The notes below the pieces were generated by a model, which worked only from the letters and a program-made list of their open reading frames with translations, was not told where the DNA came from and did no database searches. Shown here in pieces: positions 24,768 through 37,647 of a stretch of 64,000 bases of DNA; the stretch's first letter is position 1, and the number at the start of each line of letters is the position of its first letter. Both the position numbers and the translations under genes were made by a program. Origin of the DNA: Callorhinchus milii (Eukaryota); assembly GCF_018977255.1 (NCBI RefSeq), contig NW_024704751.1:1240001-1304000 (forward strand). Direction: 5' to 3'.

Positions 24768-25575
24768 GTAAGCAACGCTTCCCAAACTCGGGTCCCGCAA
24801 TCAACGCTCGAGAGAAAAAAAAACGGACATCAGTTGATCTTAACTAAAATAGAGACAGAAATCCTTGGTAGATGCATGTTGGAGGGTCTGTGTTGGTCTG
24901 GAACCTTTCTCCATTCCCACTACTAGTAGTTTTTTTTGCTGCTGGCTCATAAGAACATAACAAATGCTGGACAAAAAAAAGACCAAAGTCTATCTAGTTC
25001 GCCTTCCACCTTCCTGGCTTCTAAGTCGCATGAGCATATGTCCAGAACGACCTATGTACCATATCCTATAATGTTATTTTGGGAGGCTCATAGTCTGGAA
25101 TTGGTCTGTGATGAACCTCTGGGAGATTGTACAAGGCCCTTGCTATACTTAAGATTGGCTCCAGTCTCCCTCTGGCACTCACTGGCCTCAGGCAACTGTC
25201 TGCTTCATCTCAGAGGAATTTAGGAGCAGGGAAAAAAGCTGCTCATCTCATCAAGCCCGTTCCGTCAATCATTCCGCCTAACTGCCTACTGTAGCCTCCC
25301 AGTGCCTGGACAGACCTATCTCCCCTGCTCTACATGGACCAACAGACGTTAAAACATCCCCCCCATCCCCCCATAAAAGTTATGTATCCACCTATCTGAC
25401 CCTGATCAAACTTCAACAGTCCTTGTTTCATTTCCTGTGTTACTGTGTCAGATCGTGTTTGTGGGATGTGATAAATGAGTCCAATTCAGCTGTGGTTTCC
25501 TCTCGGCCCCTGTATCACTCCCTCTTGGCTGGGCACGGCTTCACCCCAGGTCTTCTCTTCTCTCTGTTTGTTTAG

Positions 25576-25622
25576 TATCAGACCCCAAGTGTCCACTACT
25601 CAATCACATCAGAGCCGTAGCA
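25576..25622 (+). CDS. LAT2: LAT2 coding exon 5 (a phase-equivalent alternative exists at 25783-25826)
   Basis: tttag|...AGCA|gtgagt; IRPQVSTTQSHQSRS; phase 2 to 1. Confidence 0.55.
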
Positions 25623-26702
25623 GTGAGTGTGAACGCAAGGCAGGGGAGGGGTGGGGGAGTGGGAGGGGTGGCGAGGGAGAGTATCACAGGCAGACCCCAA
25701 CCTGTCCTCACCCAATATCAATGATGCAGAATCTGTGTACGTTTCTCAGTCATTAAATAAAGTATCTTTTCATCTCTTTCAGGACTACGACTATCTCAAC
25801 TATTTCGGAATTCACCGTTCATCCCGGTTTGTACAAAATAGCTTCAAAATCCCTCAATGAAGGGCTGGCTGTAGGTTGATGATTTGGGTTCAGTAGTAGC
25901 ACTCTGGCCTCTGAGACACAAGGTTGTGGGTTCAAGCCCCCACGTCAGGACCTGGAATCACACAGTCTAAGCTGAAGCTCCAATGCAGAGTTGAGAGGTT
26001 GTTGCATTGTCGGAGGTGCCGTCCTGTGGATTAGACGTTAGACAAGGTTCCGCCTGCCTGTTCCGGTGATCGGTGATGATCCCATGGCACTATTTGAAAA
26101 GAGAAGAGAGTTTCTCTCTCCCACTGTCCTGGCCAATAATCCCCCAAATACAACTGGTCACTCACTTCATGGCTGTTTGTGAGACCTTGCTGTATGCAAA
26201 TTGGCTGTCGTTTTGCACACAAAATACTGTCAATCCACTTTAGTATATCTTGTGAAGTGCTTTGAGACGCCTTAATGATGTGATAAGGTGCTATATCAAA
26301 TTCAAGGATTATTTTTATTTATAAATTTATCAATTTTTGTAACAAAAAGGCTTTGTGTTAAGACATTGAGACCCTCTTGTCAGATCCTGTTGCTTGTCTT
26401 GGATTTAATTTACAATTAGAGCTCAGTAAAGCAAAATGTCTGGAAGTGTAAGTGTTATAAAAATAGTTGCATTTGATATAGCGCCTTCGAGACGTCTCAA
26501 AGTGCTTCACAGAATATATTATAAAGTGAATTGACTGTATACTTTGTGGGTGAAATACAGCAGCCAATTGCGCACAGCAGCGTCCCACAGATGTGAATTG
26601 AGTGACCAATTTTTGAATTATTTATTTAATTTTTAAAAGGGATTATTACTATCATTAAGTGTTCCTGCTCACTGGCATTAACCAAATTCCCTTTATCACC
26701 AG

Positions 26703-26741
26703 GAGTAGATATTTCACCAAACTACGAGAACATACTAATTG
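26703..26741 (+). CDS. LAT2: LAT2 coding exon 6 (YEN)
   Basis: accag|VDISPNYENILI G|gtaagt. Confidence 0.85.
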
Positions 26742-26864
26742 GTAAGTGAAATAACTCTTTAAACTTGCGATCTACCTGAACTGGAGTCCAGAGCAGGTCT
26801 ATATCAACAAGCATTATGCACAGCAAAAGTATAGTCTTTGATGAGAGAAGACTCCATGGGACAT

Positions 26865-27750
26865 AGAATCATCATAGAATCATAGATTACAGCACAGAAG
26901 GAGGCCATTCAGCCCATCGTGTCTGTGGCGCTCTTTGAAAAGAGCTATCCAATGCAATCCCACTCCCCCGCTCTCCCCCCATAGCCATACAAACCTGTCC
27001 TTCCCAAATAATTATCTACTTCTCTCTTAAGAGCTATTATCAAATCGGCTTCCACTGCTCTTTCAGGAAATGCATTGCAGATCCGAACAACTCGCTGTGT
27101 AAAAAAATTTCTCCTCACTTGCCCTCGGTTTCTTTTAACAACTATTTTAAAACGGTGTCCTCGGGTTACCGACCCACCCGCCAGTGGAAATAGTTTCTCC
27201 TTGTTCACCCTATCGAATCCCCTCATAATTTTGAAACTTATATTGAAGTCACCTCTTAACCTTCTCTACTCCAAGGAGAATAATCCTCGCTTCTCTACCT
27301 CTCCTGATAACTGAAGTCCCTCATTCCTAGTACCATCCTAGTAATTCTCCTCTCCAATGCCTTGACATCCTTCCTAAAGTGCGGTGCCCAGAACTGAACA
27401 CAGTCTCTCACTGAGGCCTAACCAGTGTTTTATATAAAGGTTCATCATAACTTCCTGACTTTTGTATTCAATGCCCCTATTTATAAAGCTTACTGTATGC
27501 TTTTTTGACAGCTTTATCTACCTGTCCTGCCATCTTCAAATAATTACTTGTATGACCCCCAGGTCTCTCTGCCCCTTCACCCCCTTTAAGATTGTACCAT
27601 CAGCTTATATTGCCTCTCCTCATTCTTCCTCACAAAATGCATCACTTCGCATTTCTTCACATTAAACTTCATCTGCCACGTGTCGGCCCATTTTACCAGT
27701 CTTTGGCCATTTGCAGTCTGCTACTATCCTCCTCACTGTTTACTACTTTT
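26865..27750 (-). mobile_element. CR1 LINE 3' fragment
   Basis: MRGFDRVNKEKLFPLAGGSVTRGHRFKI...RRNFFTQRVVRIC; tandem CATAGAAT tail repeats near 26865-26890. Confidence 0.9.
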
Positions 27751-28007
27751 CCTAGCTTAGAATCATGGAGGGGAGAAAACCATGGTTTAGGAGTTGGGAT
27801 ATGTTCTATTGCTTTAACCTGATGATCTTTGAGGATTGTAGAGCCTCTGTACATATCAATATGTGCGTGTGACTTTAAATAGAAAATTCACACCATCCAG
27901 ATGTAGAGATTGAGCTGGGACCTGGACTGTGGTCTGCTTGGCAGGAAACAGGCCTCATTTCAACTAAGAAATCGCTCACCGTTAATGAAAAATCCCCTCT
28001 TTTACAG

Positions 28008-28038
28008 GAAATGAACTCGATCTGGAAGAGACCTATGT
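28008..28038 (+). CDS. LAT2: LAT2 coding exon 7
   Basis: ttacag|GNELDLEETYV|gtaagt; resembles human GSRHGSEEAYI. Confidence 0.85.
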
Positions 28039-28602
28039 GTAAGTTACTCTTGAGTTTCTCTGCGAGGGAGAGAGGAGACAGCGGCGGAGATTCTCGTGGA
28101 GTATAAACACTGGCACGGATTAGTTGGGCCGAATGGATTGTTTCTCTGTTGTATAGTTTATGTAAATCTCCTCTTACAAAATATGTTTAAGGGATTGTTT
28201 CAGGTATGAGAGCACAGTAATGTCCAAGCAAATCAGATACAGACTACAATACCATAGGGGAAGGGAGGAGTCCAAAGAAGGATAGGTTCAGAAAAATGGA
28301 CAATAAAGTTAGTATTTTGGATATTTACTTGGGCAGAACCTTTCTTCCATTATTAACTCTCAGCAGCAGCACAGAAATACAGTGCTAGCAAGAGGTCAGT
28401 TTAAGGCCAAGGTGAACACAGTTGACTATCTCATATCTAATATAAAAATGCTCACTGGGAACAAGCCAATTAATTTGTAATGAGAGTGACATGGGATGGT
28501 CAGTGGTAGTGACAGAAGGACTTAGTCTATACCGTCACAATAAGTATTCTTGGATTCACTTCTCACTCTGCTAATCTAACGTTTGTGTTTTATTCCTCAC
28601 AG

Positions 28603-28658
28603 GAATCCCATCGCCTCAGATTATGGTTTCCCTCAGAAATGTTTTCATCCTTCAGATG
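28603..28658 (+). CDS. LAT2: LAT2 coding exon 8
   Basis: cacag|NPIASDYGFPQKCFHPSD|gtgagt; resembles human DPIAMEYYNWGRFSKPPE. Confidence 0.88.
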
Positions 28659-29502
28659 GTGAGTAGTGTCCCTGTGTGACCTTGCCACTCCCTACCTAGG
28701 TGGCTGTCCTCTGCCTCCCTCTCCTGCTCACCCTCTCCCTTCTGTGCATTCCTTGCCCCAACATTGGCAGCCGAATGAGTCATTGTGCCTCCACCACTGG
28801 AACTCCCTCCTTCAACTCCTCCAACATGCACCCGCCAACCCCCACAAATTATTCTTTAAAGTCTCCTGAAAACCTACCTCTTTGACTACATTTGTGACCA
28901 TACTTTGAGATGTGACCCTAGGTGAAATGCATTCTGTAAATGCAAGTTCTTGCATCATTGACCTCAAAAGAATGCTCTCAGCTGACAGTGTAGCTACCTT
29001 TTAGCAGCATGAACTATTATTCCGTTCCCTCTTTATCAAGATTTTGAGATCTGACTTGGGGGATGGGGACTGTTTAGGAAGCAGACATCCTTCTCCAGCA
29101 TTGTGGGTTTGGTGCTATACTTAAGAAACTGAGCCCCAGGACATCACTGACTCCATGAAAGGAACGAGCAGTAGGGTATGTGTCAGAAAAGAACAGACCC
29201 TCAGGATTCGAAACTTGAAAGTGAAAAATCAAGACACTGTGTGATGAAATTGGGAAACAATTGGGCATCAACAAAATCAGCTGTGAAAATGGGGATCGGT
29301 TGACCTCTGGGGGGCGGGGGGGAGATGGTCAAAAGGCCGTCTTTTCTCAAAACTCTCGTAGAGCATTCTTGCCGTTCTTATGCATTTAATATTATTGCAG
29401 TAAATGTACAGCCCGTAAAGGGATAACAACTGTTGCTACAAACTCGTATTTAACGGGAATGATTGGTAACTTGCCTATTTCTTTGATTTTTTTTGTGTGC
29501 AG

Positions 29503-29547
29503 AGGATGCAAATGATTATGAAAACCTGTCAGAGAGCCGGACATCAT
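29503..29547 (+). CDS. LAT2: LAT2 coding exon 9 (YEN)
   Basis: tgcag|EDANDYENLSESRTS|gtaagt; resembles human DDANSYENV. Confidence 0.88.
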
Positions 29548-29566
29548 GTAAGTGTGAGCACGGAAT

Positions 29567-29835
29567 GTGGAGTTCCGTAGCTTTGTGGGTTAGAGCATTT
29601 ACCCTGTTCTTAGTTGATTAGCGGATCATCGTTCTGGGGGTAGTAATCCCTTCAAAAGATAATCTTAATTTGGTCACTGAATCCACGACTGTTTGTGGGA
29701 CACTGCTGTGCACAATTGGCTGCCACATTTCGCCCATCAAATATATTCAGTTTACTTCACAGTATATTTTGTGAAGCGCTTTGAGACATCTCAAAGTGAT
29801 AAGGCGCGATATCAAATACAAGGGGATTATTAATA
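29567..29835 (+). mobile_element. tRNA-derived SINE (internally deleted) filling most of a LAT2 intron
   Basis: GTGGAGTTCCGTAGCT head through GAAGCGCTTTGAGACATC tail. Confidence 0.8.
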
Positions 29836-29876
29836 TCGTTATAATGCACTGACAGACTTTTCTCTTGAATTTGTAG

Positions 29877-29936
29877 TGGCAAACTACGGAAATGCCGTTT
29901 ACATCGAGCGATGGAAACATCCCCCGGATGACAAAG
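29877..29936 (+). CDS. LAT2: LAT2 coding exon 10 (YGN)
   Basis: ttgtag|LANYGNAVYIERWKHPPDDK|gtaaat; resembles human DYQNSASIHQWR. Confidence 0.82.
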
Positions 29937-30129
29937 GTAAATGCTCTTTGGGTTAATTTCTTTTTGCCATCATAAAGTAGATCACGGGGTGTCAAGCACT
30001 CCGGGACTCTACTCTGTGTGAAGGGCGCTTTATAAATGCAAGTGGCGGTTGTTTTGGGCTTCATAAATTGCTGAAGTCTCAAATGAACCAGGTGGTATCT
30101 CAAGCACTAAGGTTCTTCCTTTTACCCAG

Positions 30130-30248
30130 ACTTGTGCAACACAAAACCTCAGTCACAGATTCATGGCAGCTCTTTAGCCAAGGCGGATGGTGACGAGGAT
30201 GATGATGATGACGACGAGCCTGACTACGTCAACACTGTTCCTTGCTAG
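30130..30248 (+). CDS. LAT2: LAT2 last coding exon (acidic tract and YVN)
   Basis: cccag|DLCNTK...DGDEDDDDDDEPDYVNTVPC*; TAG at 30246-30248. Confidence 0.88.
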
Positions 30249-31814
30249 CACAGCTATAGGTAAGAAAGCCAATTTGTTTCAGCCAGACTAGAACCAACAT
30301 GCATTGCTGCCAACCTGTAGCCTTAAATTTAACACTACAGTAAACCTGTTCTTACAAATCTTTCTGAGAGACTTGGGCTGAGTGTGCTGGGAGGAAGTGC
30401 ATGACTTTGGGGAACTGAGAAAAATCATACACAAGAGAGGGAAAGGGAATGAGATAATCTCAAGTAAATAGAAGACATTGATTTTAACAAGATTTCTGTA
30501 GGTTATTGGTTAGAGCACTCGTCTCACATTCCCAGGCAGGGCAAAACTTTAGGCACGTTTCCTTACTCCACACGCTTCTGTTTACCTAGCAGTAAGTAGG
30601 AACCCGGTTGTAAAATCGATTGGTGGATCACTTTCCAAAGGGGTAAGAATTACTTAAAATAAATCAAAATAATTTGGTCACTCAATCCACGACTGTTTAT
30701 ATACAATACATTCTGTGAAGTGCTTTGAGACGTTTCAACAACATAAGGCACTATATCAAGTGCAAGGATTATTATTATTATCATCTTGTTGGACCATTTG
30801 TTGGCAAATGCAGCAGCTGCTCACATTCACTAACTGTATCCAATGTGTGCAATTACTTTTTCTATTCCTGACTGTACCCACATGGCTGGGTCTATTACAA
30901 GCAATAGATTACTAACTCATTCATGCTTTCCAATAAGTGGAACCATTCCCCTTTGAAGTACTGAACCACCCAAACATGTAAATTCAGGGTTCACCTTATC
31001 CGATGCAGTTACAATCAAGAGACCCAGTAATATATTAATGTCACTGGTTAAACCTTTCCCCAAAACCCTTTCCACCCCAATACCCTTTTCCAATAGTGTC
31101 ATTCTTCAGACAAATTTTAGATGGTTGGATGGACATTTGTGCTCCAAACCTTTACGCTTCACACTCATGAGAATGTGTTTTAGCTGTTGAATGATTTTGG
31201 GGGGGGGGGGGGGGGGGGGAAGAGAAAAGAGAGATAGAGAAGCATCATTTGTGATGAATCAGCATGGAGATGAGGGTTGGGAACCGGTACATCATCAAAT
31301 AGTGAGTTTGCCCGTCTTGAACAGGAAAGCACTGGCATTAAACCTTTACTCTCTTTTAAATAATTACAGAAATTTCAATGGAATCTGAAACAGACTTCAC
31401 TCAGCCACACACTGTGAAGGAAGAGTAAATGCTCCGGGAGACTGCGGACTATCAACAAAAGATAATCTGCTAGCTTTTGGAGAATCTCTTCATTTTTCTC
31501 CCAGCACAAGGCATTTTACACGTAGCTTCGATGGTCAATTTGTTGGTTTGAGTAAGTGAACCTGCAAAGCTCCCCCCTCCAACCGGCCAGGACAAGGGAG
31601 CTATTGCAAGGGAGACATTGTTCAGCTATTGCACCACAATGAAAGATTCATGATGCATCTTGGCAACTTCAACACACTCATTGAGCTTTGAAAACTCCAT
31701 GTTCAGATAAATTGTTCAAACAATGACCAGCAGAAACACACAATTAGTGCCAACCCCACAGCTATACTAGCCCCTAATGATTCAGCTTCAACCGGGTCAA
31801 TGTATTTGGTACAG

Positions 31815-32136
31815 GTGGAGTCCTGTAGCTCAGTGGTTAGAGCACTCGCTTTGCAAGTGAGAGACCTGAGTTCAATTCCAGGCAGAGGGCGAAACCTTGG
31901 GCAAGTTTCCTTACTCCACACAGAGCCTAATAATAATCCCTCCAAAACCAAAAACAATAATAAATTGGTCATTTTCAATCTACGACTGTTTGTGGGACAT
32001 TGCTGTGCGCAATTGGCTGCCGCATTCGCCCACAAATATAGTCAATTCACTTTACAGTGTATTCTGTGAAGCTCTTTGAGACGTCCTCCCAATGTGAAAA
32101 AGCGCTATATCAAATGCAAGGATTATTATTATTATT
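31815..32136 (+). mobile_element. tRNA-derived SINE, short (internally deleted) young subfamily
   Basis: Diagnostic junction CTCCACACAGAGCCTAATAATAATCCCTCC; near-identical to 47811-48124 and 51148-51461. Confidence 0.88.
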
Positions 32137-33990
32137 TAGGGTACGGCATGACTCTTGTCCTCAAGAGCATCTCCACTAGGATTCCCCCNTCACCACCCAA
32201 AGAAAATTGTGTGAAAGTTAACTCTTGAACTTAACCAAAAACTTAAAATGAAAATTTGCATGATATTTAAAAAAGCTGAACCAATTTCAGCTTCAAAAAG
32301 TTTGAGAAACTTCTATCCGTCCACTGAAAGGATATTAGTGTTTGAAACTACCAAATCCACTGGTAGGAGCAATCCAGGGATCCTTTTCTCACCATTCTTA
32401 AGGAACATAGTAACAGGAGTAGGCCATCGAGTCCCTTAAACCTATTCTGCCATTCTATAAGATCATGGCTGATCCGTACCTCAACTTCAATTACCCGGCC
32501 TTGCCCCACATCCCTTGATACCTTTACCTAACAAACATCTATCCACCTCAGTCTATTTTATTAATTTATGCTGACAATTATGTTTCTGAAACAATCTTGT
32601 CATTTAGCACCTTCAGAAGCTATAATAAATTAGAAACCTCACAGCTGAGCTTCATTCCTTAACCATAAATATGGTCAAAGCAGATTTGTCACAGCATAGA
32701 ACCACAGCACTGCATTAGATTCTGTTCCACGTGATTTTCTGGACACATTCTCCAAAGGGCTCATTTCCAAATGAAACTAACAGAGCTACCGGAGTGTAAA
32801 CATAATCCTACCACCTGATATAGTGACCTCTGCTTCCTCTGTGCTTATAGTTCTCCAGAATCCAATATGCAGGTGTCTGCGTTTATTCTGTACACCTTCA
32901 ATAATCTTCAGAGAAATCCCAACTAATTTCCTTCCTAAATATTCTCCTCCCTATCTGGTGGATGTGCCTTCCACAAACTAGCGTGATGGGGAATGGGCAG
33001 GCCGCCCACAACAAATAGGTTTCGAGTAAACTTGAGACTTTAGAATTGGAGCAGGTGACCTAACCCAATTATAGCTGGCATCAGGCATGCATTATGTCAA
33101 TAAATAATGAAGCTGTTATCACAAATCTCTGAATCACCTGCTTAATGTACTATTTATACTACCATTGAGCTTAGAAAGATCAACACGTTCATCCTATTTA
33201 CAAGTCATAATGCTATGAACAAGTTGAATTTCAGCATGAGTGCTCACTCCCATGGAGACCAGGCTCAGTCAGCGCAGCTATGCAGTCTGGCGTGCATGTT
33301 AAGTGGCCCCGTGAGGCATTGCAGCACATGCAGGTGACTTTTGCGGTTTGATTGTTTGCGACAGAACTCTTACTAATAGACTGTCAGTTACTAAAAGCAA
33401 GTTCATGTACACAGGAATATTTATTTGCTGACAAATTAGAGTGGGGGGGTAAAATGGCAATGAGCCCCACTGGCTGATCAGAAGGATGCTCCAATCCATG
33501 AACAAAAGCCTACACAAGCTAAAATCTGAGGGGGGCGTCGGGGAGGAAAGAGATTTTTTTTTAATAAAAGGAACCAAGTAACAAAATTAATTTGAGTCAA
33601 CAAATTCTGGGTTTCCTGTTCTTAAGGAAACCTTGTGCCAGTGGTTTTCTTTTTAAATCAGCTTCCTTCTGAGTATTATTCTTACTTCAAAATAAAAAGG
33701 AAATGCTTTCTCCCCAAAATGTTTATACCTATAATAATTTACAGCTCTTGGAATCTTTCTATTTGCGTGTGTGGTTTCTTTCATGAGCACCCACAAATGC
33801 TGATCTCCACATAGACTAGTGAAAGGTTGTTCCCATTGAAACTGATAGGCTGTAGGTTGCAACCTCTGCTCAGAGATAGAAAAAGTGCTTCTAAAATAGG
33901 TGAAAATTTATGTCTTATTAATTTTTGAACAAGACATTCAGCTAGACACCGGTGTTAATAAATGCACTTTCCATCTGGTGAAGATTGATA

Positions 33991-33996
33991 TTTATT
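33991..33996 (-). terminator. Candidate proximal RFC2 polyadenylation signal (AATAAA on -)
   Basis: TTTATT on the + strand, about 165 nt past the RFC2 stop codon. Confidence 0.45.
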
Positions 33997-34159
33997 GTAT
34001 GAACTTTACTCTGGAGTATAAAAAAACAAGCACAGAAACTGTGCAAACCTATATACACAAGAACAACTGACAGGAGATGGATTACATTTCCTATAAACTC
34101 AAATGAGGAGAGTTTATAATAAAACAATAAAGCCCTTGAGCACACACCACAAAGGCTCA

Positions 34160-34270
34160 TTAACTTGCAGGGGGAGCTGTGGTTTTCTGGCAAAGTCGAG
34201 CAAGCAATCCAGCCATTTGTAACAGGGAATTCACTCCTTCCGCAATCCTCATGTGAGTATATCCAATCTC
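34160..34270 (-). CDS. RFC2: RFC2 exon 11
   Basis: [36 protein letters not shown]. Confidence 0.96.
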   Translation of the reverse strand, partial: EIGYTHMRIAEGVNSLLQMAGLLARLCQKTTAPPAS

Positions 34271-35854
34271 CTGCAGAAAGCCAGACAAAAGGGTTTACTT
34301 TCCATATTACACATCAACAGGTGAGCAGTTCGAAGTCCATTAGACAGATGCTGATTCAAACAGGTGTATTAAGAGTGGCCTTTGTCCTTTTGTACTCCAG
34401 GTCAAAAGCTCCCAAATGACTGTGTGGGTTAAATCCAAATAAAGAATTCCCAATACTCCACTTCTGTCAATTACCTCTCTGAGAGTGAATCAAGGTGGAA
34501 TTATGCTTAAACTGAAGGCTTCCAAAACTCATTTAAGATCTTTAAGTCGCCAGAGGACAAGGTTCAGCCCTCGAAGAGATTCAAATCTGGGTCACGAAGA
34601 TGAAATAATATTGCCCCTATTTAATCTCTCCTCAATCTTGACTTTGAGTTTCCCCACTCAACCCACCACCAGCTGAGTGGTAGGCAATCTTTTCTTGGAT
34701 CTCGGCAAAGTCACTCTGCAGACAGACGTTGAAGATGATCTGTCCTCCAGTAAAGCATCCTCAGCCGTTTACCCCCAAAGGATGCAAGACAAACACCTCC
34801 CAGCAGTACATTAAGCCTTTTCACGAAACCCAAGTGCTAAGAATGAGATCTATTCTCTGCCAGACAGGATTGTCCCAGATGTTCTCTTGCATGGAACACC
34901 AATCTACAACAGTCTAGCCAGTCAACTAATCTCGGCAGGTCCTGGTTTTATCCTTGCAGTAACTTGTACGAAACACAGCACAGGAGCCAGCAGATGCAGC
35001 AGTTGGTTAGGAATTCACCCCCAAAAACATGTTTATTCTGGAATTCCACAGATAACAGAATCATCTTGGGTTCCAATTACCTAAACTGGCTTCTGTTTAT
35101 TTTGGTGCCCAAACTCAGAAGGTACGAGACTGATTAACCTGACAGATCCACTAAGCTTTCCTCATCTGCTGCTTTGCAGTACAGATCAACTCAGCTACAG
35201 AATAGTCAGAGTCTTCAATCCAACCTATGATTACAGCAAGAATTTGACCATTTAAACATTAATAAGCAAATCAATTCAAAAGGTGTAATTCCACCAGAGC
35301 TAATCTTGGCAGTTCTAAACTATCCCAAAACACCAATTAAATCCACCCTACAGAAAGGTAGCTTACACTTTAATATAAAGGCCAAGAGATTAATACGAAT
35401 CTGACATTTTGCAGTTAATATTTGAGATCATTATCTCCACGTCTAATACATTTCAGAGAATGCTATCAGCTGAAAGGTTATTCAGCCCGCATGTACATTG
35501 TCTCATGTAATGGTATTTGCTCTACTGTTTGACAGCATTCGTACATGACAAGGACAGACTTGCAAGGTTCTAAAATACAAGGCATCTGGAGAGTGCCACA
35601 CCAGGAACACATTGCCATCCAAACACATAATTTGCGGCGTCCTTTACAGTTGGTTTACGGCTGCTATGTTTTACAAATGTATTTAAAATAAGATCAATGC
35701 TCGAGTTTTACTGGAAAATTTAACAGAAGCAACAGAAAAATACCACAGTACTGAAGTTACAATACTCATGTACATGTTAACAGCAACAATAAAGACAAGC
35801 TCTCATCAACAGCTCCCTCTATAAACAGATGCAAAGAAGGTTAAAGTACTTCAC

Positions 35855-35968
35855 CTTTATAAACTCCAGTTTCAAATATTCCTGCATTTGGAAAGTTTTA
35901 CAGACTCGGAAAATGTTACCAATGATGTCCTCAGGTGAGTAGCCCAATTTCCAGAGATGAGCAACAAC
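35855..35968 (-). CDS. RFC2: RFC2 exon 10
   Basis: [38 protein letters not shown]. Confidence 0.96.
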
Positions 35969-37058
35969 CTGTAGATGGAAAAAAGGAGTAATGCAGAATA
36001 AACACCAAGTCCCATAGAGCCCTGCCACACGATTGCAGTGAGAAAAGAAAGCTTGATAGCAAATCTACCTTCTTAACGTACTCTAAACTAATTTGTACCA
36101 GGAATGACTGAATTTATTATCTGGTTTATTGGTTACAAATGTCAAGCCATCTCATGTCAGATTAAATACAATCTTCTTAGTTATAAAAAACACACAGACC
36201 TGGTTATAAAATGCACCACCCAATGTGACATTAAAAGCCATCAAGTTACTTTCGAGTAGGAGGCACTTGGCAGCAGCTAGCTTCAACCCACAAACAGTGC
36301 AATTTCTTCACATCCTTCCCTTTTAACACATTGGAATGGAACAGTAAAACTGTCTTCAGCAGGGAAAGGATTAGCTTTAATTATAGGAAACCATTTTTGA
36401 TTGGATTCAGATTCACAGCAGCTAGTTAAAGCTGAAACGCACACTGGGTGGAACACAAGAGCAAATATGGTTATAACAAAGTTCACATCATAGTTATGAG
36501 TGGTATTCTGCAGCAGGATTACATTCAGGCAAAGAACGTCAACAGTTCGCCAGCCAGCCAGTTTCCAAGTTGACAATAAATTTGACATGTGAATGTATGA
36601 ATTGTTTTATGACCTGGTTACCCTTGAATTGCTTTTGTTCATCATTACAAAGTTGTTTGACACATCCTCCTCTAACACTAGATTTTGATAATTGCTATCA
36701 GTGTAAAAAAACACATCTTAGCATTGAGGTTGCTATTACTGTATTTGCAAAACTTGGGGGAAAGTAATCAAGGACAAACAGGGAAGCTAAACAAGGGATG
36801 GTGCTGTGTGATGACCGGGAGCACTTCAAGCAGCCATGTGGCACAGATGAAAGGCTGCATGAATTCCAGAATTGACAAGTCTCGAGTGAGTTTGCAGGAG
36901 AAAGAAAATAAGAAAACACATTAATCTGGTGCAATTGCTGGAAAACGGTCCAAGATCATCACGGGCAAAGAGTGTGGAAATCCAAGAGAATGCGTACGTG
37001 TTTGAAGAAAAGTAGAAGTAGAAAATTAGAATTGGCTCTTCATCTACATAAAATGTAC

Positions 37059-37139
37059 CTTGTATGCTTCATCTATATTTGCATTGACACAGTGCTGAAT
37101 CATCTCCTTCACCAGCAGGGGATGGGGCTCATCACAGAC
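37059..37139 (-). CDS. RFC2: RFC2 exon 9
   Basis: [27 protein letters not shown]. Confidence 0.96.
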
Positions 37140-37581
37140 CTATTAACATAAGGATAATCAATAAGAGATGGAAAAAGCTGCTTTGAATTAAAACAGTATA
37201 TTTTGCTGTTTTCACTATAAATTCCTCTCCTAACACTCCCATTTGTTGAATATAACACCAATATGTGACTTCAATCAGAAGCTAATCTGTGTAGCCAAAG
37301 TCTAAAATCACTGTAGCCATGGTAAATCTAGAAGTGGTACTCCAATGAGGTTTCCTTACACATGCCCAGGAATAAATGGTTAGAAGTTACAGAAAACTCC
37401 CACCACACACTTTTTCAAAAATAATGTACAATGCAATGGGGGGGGGGGGGGGAGTAGGGTATAATGTTCTGTAAAGCAGAAAATACAACAACAACTTGCA
37501 TGACCACTGAGCCACAGCATTATGTTAAAACACTTCAGGAAAACTAGAGGCAGAATTATACAATCATGGGAATTGACTGAC

Positions 37582-37647
37582 CTTGAAAACATTTTCACTA
37601 TTGACAAACCCGAACCCTGAATGTGTTGATTGCACATTGTTCAAAGC
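37582..37647 (-). CDS. RFC2: RFC2 exon 8
   Basis: [22 protein letters not shown]. Confidence 0.95.

Larger units (their letters stand above)
21309..30248 (+). other. LAT2: LAT2/NTAL-like transmembrane adaptor gene span; 630-nt CDS, about 209 aa
   Basis: join(21309..21405,23467..23512,24056..24099,24722..24767,25576..25622,26703..26741,28008..28038,28603..28658,29503..29547,29877..29936,30130..30248). N-terminal TM helix plus CxxC, five YxN motifs, C-terminal EPDYVN; lies between EIF4H and RFC2 as in tetrapods. Confidence 0.88.

Noticed and set aside
31815-31895. tRNA gene-like A and B boxes (also at 20828, 51148 and 62180)
   Set aside because: These are SINE heads that run into the SINE body and tail, with no proper acceptor stem or terminator.
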